A program made the position numbers and the translations under genes. From Lingula anatina (lineage: Eukaryota > Animalia > Brachiopoda), in assembly GCA_051362555.1 (NCBI GenBank), contig CM120643.1, forward strand, positions 10,726,001 through 10,790,000: a stretch of 64,000 nucleotides of DNA, read 5' to 3'. Numbering within the stretch: the stretch's first letter is position 1; each line of letters opens with the position of its first letter. Positions 57,331 to 64,000 of this stretch are shown piece by piece. Below the pieces are notes generated by a model, which did no database searches, had not been told where the DNA came from, and was given only the letters and a program-made list of their open reading frames with translations.

Positions 57331-58480
57331 GGTTTAAGTTGCGATTATATGTGACCTAAATCCAAGAGATGGGAACACAGGTCTTTAATTGCAGTCTAGG
57401 AGGAGAAGAGGTAACGGTGACTTGTATCCCAAGCCATCCTGTTGAGCGGGCGGAGCCAGCAGATCCGTACGAGACGGGTCGGGACTAAAACCATGAGTAC
57501 TGCCATCGTACACCCTGACTGTACTTATTATTGAAAATATAGTTTCATTACTGAAATAAAAGATCAACAATTATTTACAAAAGTCAGCAGACCTTCACTT
57601 GCTTCTGTATTGGAAAAAATGACTTCAGAATATGGCTGACATTGAGTGGAAGAGGGGCAACAACACACTTCAACAACTGGCAAAAATGTTGCCAGAATAA
57701 GTTTTGATGAAAATTGGTAGGTTTATTCTGTGTATTAAAAGTCGTCTTCTACCCACTGGAAGAAAGTGTACACCCTCTCTGATAGGAGGTATCTCAAAAT
57801 GAAACGGTGTTGCTACATATAAAAATTGGCATGTTGGCCAATTTTGTCGAGTTGTATCTCATTCATTTCACCTTAATGCTGGGAAAACCGCACACTTAGA
57901 GCTACAGGATACCCTCTGCTATCATGTCTTATTTTTTCACTAGGCTTTTATGCAAAGAATAAAGCACAATTCATGAATTTTCATGAAAATCACAAAACTT
58001 AGAATTTTTTATCACAACTTCATCTCAGTGCACACAACGTATTCTGAATATCTTCCTGCGCACTGCCAGTTGCCATATGACTGAAACAAGCATGTGAATA
58101 TTGCGTCTGATTCTTTGTATCAGACTCGTCATTTTACTTGACAACACCAAATGTTTGAAGGTAGTTTTATTACGATAATTTCTTGAAGGCATCAATTTCT
58201 TAAAGTGCGAGGCTATGGGCATGATTGGAAAAACAGCTAAAAAACAAGTACTTTCAGTTTTTGTCAATTTCTTGAAGGCGTCGATTTCTAGAAAGGCAAG
58301 TCTATGCTTAACACTGTGGTAAATGACAAAAAAAAAAATATTTAAATGGGGGTGTTACATGTTGATCATTCAATCTGTTACATATCACATCATTTATATA
58401 TTTTATATATCAGTTACTGATAACAAATGTAATCTTCAAAATGTCTTTCGGAAAGGACTGTTCCATACACCAATACTTAC

Positions 58481-58979
58481 TCAAACATGCAGCAGCCAAG
58501 AGTCGTTTGGGGAGTTCTGGGTTCGGACAGTGTGGATAGAAAGGCTGGATCACGTAGTTAGCGAACGTCAGTGCTATGATGGTGTTAGTGGTCGGAAATA
58601 CGGTAATTAGCATTACCCACAAGAAGAGAAACCCTACAAAATCCCCATAAGAATGGCGGATATATGCGTAGTCCGCGCCTGAGATTACAATAAACGTTCC
58701 CAGTTCAGCGTAACACATGGCTCCCACCAAAGAGATCAAACCGCACGCCGCCCATAACACGAGGGACGCTCCCACCGAACCCGCGTACTGCAGTACACCT
58801 TTTGGGGAGACAAAAATGCCGCTTCCAACGATCGTCCCAACTATTATAGCGACTCCTTGGAGGAGTCCCATTTCTTTTTTCATTTGCAATGGATCTGTTC
58901 CTCCTGAGGAATCCGTATTCGAGTTGCAATTCATGGGCTCTTTTTCATCTCGTGTTCCTTCGTTTTCTGCCATTGTCAT
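58481..58979 (-). CDS. Duplicated SLC7 first coding exon (exon 1b), intact; probable alternative first exon
   Basis: Same length as exon 1a (499 nt), same phase-1 gtaagt donor, no indels or stops, 28 differences in 166 aa. I found no second set of exons 2-10 between it and exon 1a. Confidence 0.88.
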
Positions 58980-60469
58980 TATGATATGTTAATTTCAGTC
59001 TCCACTTAGCACGTTTCACTTGTGTTTTTTCGTGAATGATAAATGCTCCCTTCGGAGTCAGTCCTCTTTGAATCGCTTCTTCAGATAATACCAAATGTAT
59101 CTTGTGTACTTGGCGAGTGTATTTATGTCAAAATATATGTTATATTCCTCGATTCACACGCTTGTGCTGTAGCTCTAGCTGTTGATCTTGCGTAATGTGC
59201 GCCAACAATAAAAAACCTTTTGCAAATGGAGTACGGTTTGGCAAAAACCGTATGACGCAATACTTTGTTGACTAAAGAGTTCGCGTAGGCGGAGCTGAAT
59301 ACGTTCAATTGATTGTTTGTCCTAAATATGATAAAAGTCAATTATCAGTTAGAGTGTACAGGAAAATAAACCTATACATGCAAAATTTCCACAAGACTCT
59401 GGAAAACCGACATTACATTGCATTAGGCCTACATTATACATATGTGTGTAGGCCTACATGTATGTAGAGTCAATTAAAATGAGAATATTTAATTTATTTT
59501 TCATCAAATTAAAATATTTTAAAGATGTCTGTATACATAATATGATATTTTATATATTATGTCTTTCCTCGTTTAAATCTTTCTAACCAATCCGGTATTC
59601 TCCCGCCAAATGGAATTTTCGGCTCGCAATAGAAGCACATTGCGCTACCAGTACACGTCACGTCATTGGATGGTTTCTACCATTTCTAATTAAATAAATT
59701 AATGATTTAGTTCTGAGTGAAAGGCCAGTCACTTAAACAGTCATGTCTTCCTGTACAGTTAGGAAGAATATCAACATGTTGTATTTTTCTTTGAGGTATT
59801 ATATCATTTTAAAGGCCTGAATCTCCCCGCATCGAACTTCCGCTCAGTTCCCGCCACCACTACCACCACCTCACGCACCTTTACAACCCCACATCGTTAC
59901 TCCCGAGTGGAAGATACCCCTGTGCAAAGTATAAAACAATGTTTAATTTCAAAACCTTGCTGTAAATAAAAAAAAAGTCAAGTGACATATGTGACATCAT
60001 ATGTTAATCGCCATTTAATTAGAAAAATCGCCGAGGAGGAGTAACGATGCGAGAGCGTACACAAAGAGATAGGCCTACACTCCTTTAAAAATATGACTTT
60101 GGGACTTTTTTCAAAGAAAGAAAAAACAGATATTGTGACTTTAAGAATCACAAAGCACTAAGAAAAAATAACTGGCACTTTCACTTTCATTACATGTGAC
60201 CAGTGACCTCTTAACCTCTTAATGTCTGTGAAGTGCCACCTGCTATCAGAGGTTCTAAAATAGAATACGAAGTAAGTGATACATTTTGTAACAGACTATA
60301 CTAGCGCTCCCTGTGGTCAGAGATACATTGAGTGACAAGGCACTAAAACGCTAGTTTGCTCACTATATATACCTTTTCATGTGTTAGCTTTACAACTACT
60401 TGATGTTGTGGGATATAGGCCTACATGTATTTGAAATCAAGATCGAGCTGGCAATACCGAAATCAGCAC

Positions 60470-60568
60470 AAGAATGGTGTGTTTTTTCTCTTCAGTCAAC
60501 AGCTAATATTGAGATAGTTTTTACATCCAATATTAGCTGTTGACTGAAGAAAAAATCACATCATTCTT
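60470..60568. repeat. Inverted repeat/hairpin with a perfect 23-bp inner stem
   Basis: TCTTCAGTCAACAGCTAATATTG / CAATATTAGCTGTTGACTGAAGA, extendable to about 40 bp with mismatches. Confidence 0.85.
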
Positions 60569-61657
60569 ATAACTTAACACAGCTGATGAAATTCTTCTCC
60601 GAAATCAGCACAGGATTCAAATGACTGCGCATGCGCTTGCACAAAAAGCGCGCTGTTTGAAATAAACAAAATGCAGTACAAAACAATGTCTAGATTAGTA
60701 GAATTTATCGGATACATGCATCTGTCTATATATGGTACTTTATCTACATAAATTTCCACTTAGGTCATTTAGGGGCAGACGTCTTTATTGTGTCATTTTC
60801 GAAAGTAACGATGGCAAGAGTGAGCTCCATTGTTTATTTAATTTGGAATGGGACAGCCTGTGGATAACCATGCTAGGATATGGATACTGGTAGGTCCCAA
60901 ATGGTCGAAAGCTTTGGGAACAAAAAGCTTTTACAATGTTAGTCGCGATCGAGTACCTACTTAAAAGTCTATATACGATCCGGGATTTTCCCGCTAGGTA
61001 GAATTTTTTCTTGAAAATAAAGTTATTTGCCCTACTCAGGAATCATTGCTTGAAATGACCCTGCTCTTGGATTCACTGTTCCATCTTTAATTTAAATGAA
61101 TTATACAGTAGTTCTAAATGTTTCCTGTAACGTTTCCATACTTCCTCGATATCAGTTACTTTTATTTGATAGGTTTTATTCTTTTAAGGTGTTTTGGGAA
61201 AGCTTTGTAGGGTATGTAGACATAGAAAAAATGACTTTAGGACAGTTTTAAACATGGATAGTTTAACTTTTAAGTTTGAAAAATGTGTACACAACGACTG
61301 TTAAGTTTCCACAGATAGCCTGCCCTTTTTGATAAAAGGAAATATTAAAGGAGACAAAGCTGAAAGCTGCTGAAGTAGGCCTTACTTGGTACATGTAGGA
61401 CTGCAAACTTTTGAATTTAATCAAAGCGCAATCAAGTGGCTCAACTGTCACATTCATCAATTAGTGTCGGAGCTCACTGTTATGATGATTTTATATACAT
61501 AATCTTTATTACGTGATTGTAGTCTTACGTGATTGTAATTCCTATTCAAATACCGTGTGTACAATTTACATAGTTTAGCATCTGCTTTAGGATTAGTATT
61601 AAAATCAGAGATTGAGCAAGTAACGAGTACACATTAAAAGATTAAAACTGGAATCTG

Positions 61658-61803
61658 GGCTCCGTATCTCGAAAGGTTCGCTATGTTGCGCACGTGCGCA
61701 AGCGTCTCGATTCCACGGCCCTGTATCTCGAAATAGAATCGGTTATGGAATCGAGACACTTGCGCACGTGCGCAACTTAGCGAACCTTTCGAGATTCGGA
61801 GCC
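61658..61803. mobile_element. Foldback MITE, Harbinger-like (CTG target duplication)
   Basis: Inverted arms of about 60 bp, GGCTCCGWATCTCGAAAGGTTCGCTA...; CTG at 61655-61657 and 61804-61806. The paralogous empty site at 47714-47716 has a single CTG. Confidence 0.9.
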
Positions 61804-63678
61804 CTGTTGTCTGTGCTGTACTTTCTCAGGGCGACTTCTACGTAAATATTATTGACTACAAACCCAGGGAAAATATATAACTCGTTTTCCACAGGGATTA
61901 GTGATTTCAACGAGTGTGATGGAACGAAAGACATTTGAACTATCTTATCTGCTGATTTATGAGAACAGCTTACCGAAAAAAATATTCTTAGTAATTGCAT
62001 GTTAGATTTGCTGCTCATGTTTCTTTCCATTTTCTGGAAAAAAAAAAGATTTATAGTGTCATTTTTGTGTGTTCAAAACATGCAGTGATACAGTGTAGGT
62101 CCTCATAAAATTAAAATATTATTTTGATTTTATTTATGCATGTTAGTTTTGAAAGAATATAATATCAATGTTCACAAAAAAGGAAAATAGTGATAGTTTT
62201 GTTTATCAACTTGTAATCATTTGTGAACATGAACTGAACATAATAAATTTCTTAGGTGTGTTCCGCTAAAATGAGAAACATAGGTTAGGTAGTATGTATC
62301 ATTTTAACACTTGACCTTTCGTGCAGGCTGGACGGTTACTGGAATATGTCCTGCAATGGACAAAGTTCATGCATTGATACGTAATAGCAACGATTGATAT
62401 ATTTAGTATATGAAGTAGAGTAAACTAGTAAGAGGCAACTCCCGGATGTATGTAAACGATAGGCAAACCCCCAATTTACTGTATATTACATGTATTCTAT
62501 TCCCAAATTTCCTTAAAAAGAGTGACAGATACATAACTCCAAGCAGCTTACTTTATGTATGTTGGGAAAGCATAAAGACAGATCGCTAGCTCTCATTTAT
62601 TCACTTACTTATTTACTTGCAGTTACTTTTATTCTCGTCTTTGTTTAGATTCACGACTACAGTCATTTTTAAGCAGATACTTTTAAGTAATTACTTTCGG
62701 GCAGTTTCTTTCAGACAGTCTCCAGACAGTTACTTGCACTTTTTAATTGTTTTGCTCAATTGTGGAGCGTATTGGCAGTGCGCTGACTGAAAAAGGAATA
62801 AAAATACTTTCGGAACAGCAAGTGGACTTTTTCTTTCTTGAGCAAAATAAATCATCTTATCACCGGGATAAGGAGACGAACCAGAGTTAGAAAAAGACCC
62901 CCACGATAACCCGGTTGATAAAAATAAAGTTACAATGACCGTTTCCTGAAAATTCAACAATTTTCACTTAATCATTAAGGCACAGGACTACCATCTCCGA
63001 AATCCTTTCACAAAATTAAGATAAACTCGTTTTTGGGTTGGTGGCGAGAACAATAGCGTATCTAAGAATTTGGAGAACTGTAACGTGACATCCCTTTCAC
63101 TGTGTGAAAAACAATAGTATTTGTAAGGAATGGTTGATTGCGATTTCTCTTGACTATCGTTGGAAGAAATTTCTTTTATTAATAATATTTTTTCAATATG
63201 CTGCTGGAAATAATTGATCCATTTCGAAAAAAATCCGTAACATTATAAAACGACTGAATAATCATTATTTCATAAGTGATACGAACGCCTTTTGATGCAG
63301 TGACTATTAACAACTTAAATAGAATGCCTTGGCATTATCTATATATAAATGTACAATTTTTATGTTTGACAGAAAAGTATAATATTTCAGAAAAATTCTT
63401 ACACTTTAGTTACAACACACACTACAGTCTCACACATTAGTACATATACTACAATTACTGGTATGCATACGTCAGCATATTGATCGTAAAACTTGTTGGC
63501 GGCGAAACTGATGGCAGTAAATTGTTTTGAGATCTCTGCCAAAAATGGTTGTTATTCTATCCACTTTTGTCCGCTTTCTTTTCCCTTTAATTGTTTTGCT
63601 CTTTTTTTCAGTTTCTTTTATTTTGTTTTTATAAATAGGTTTAACTATCGTTTTTTAAAATAATGATTGCTGTGAACT

Positions 63679-63956
63679 CTAAACTAGTGACATATTGTCT
63701 TTATTGTCTTGCGTTCCATGGTTTATATTAACGTTGGGGTGATGTAGCTCCCGTAGTTCTTCCTTGGCTCTTGTTGCTCTTTTCCACGTGATACTAAACA
63801 AAATGAACACCAAAAACAGTATAAAAAGAACAAGTCCTCCCAGTGTCACCAATCCTGACATCAATTCTGCTTTCTGGGACTGTAAATTTTGAGTGATTTG
63901 ATCAAATCTTTCATTCTCTTTTAACTCGGACCGCTGGCCTATTCTTTTTAAAAATC
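63679..63956 (-). CDS. Probable terminal coding exon of a single-pass (type I) membrane protein whose gene lies right of the window
   Basis: The ORF has one hydrophobic helix (LMSGLVTLGGLVLFILFLVFILFSITW), then basic KR residues, a short tail and a stop. Candidate acceptor tttttag|G at 63957/63956 (another is possible near 63985). Family not recognised. Confidence 0.6.
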
Positions 63957-64000
63957 CTAAAAATCGAAATTTACAAACTGTTAGCTGCATGAAAAAAAAA

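Larger units (their letters stand above)
51805..63560. repeat. Tandem segmental duplication, copy B (contains exon 1b)
   Basis: See copy A. Copy B differs by independent transposon insertions and indels. Confidence 0.85.

Noticed and set aside
57270-57525. GC-rich island as a ribozyme, solo LTR or exon
   Set aside because: I could not find a hammerhead or HDV core, a TSD-bounded TG...CA pair, or phase-compatible splice sites. It is left as an unclassified repeat fragment.
43837-58480. A second complete SLC7 gene downstream of exon 1b
   Set aside because: By eye I found no copies of exons 2-10 (for example [21 protein letters not shown]) in this interval, only repeats and duplicated non-coding DNA.

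Overview
AT-rich, intron-containing invertebrate animal DNA (the repeat types suggest a marine lophotrochozoan or ambulacrarian; this is inference). There are no prokaryotic features. I reconstructed three complete spliced genes by hand from splice sites and reading phase. (1) A ZDHHC1/11-type DHHC palmitoyltransferase on the minus strand (CDS 14340->2847). It has a U12-type intron, a Ser/Thr-rich symmetric exon and a cluster of three, possibly four, mutually exclusive exons at the post-TM4 TTxE-motif position. (2) SRFBP1 on the plus strand (15349-19388), head-to-head with ZDHHC1. (3) An SLC7 heteromeric (LAT/y+LAT-type) amino acid transporter light chain on the minus strand. Its 499-nt first coding exon and promoter are tandemly duplicated (43836->43338 and 58979->58481), while exons 2-10 are single-copy, giving a variable-first-exon/constant-exon layout. 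The last exon of a single-pass membrane protein gene enters at the right edge. Introns and intergenic DNA hold many MITEs, Helentron-like elements with internal satellites, a decayed L1/Tx1-type LINE and microsatellites. All coordinates come from manual reading and no database search was run.
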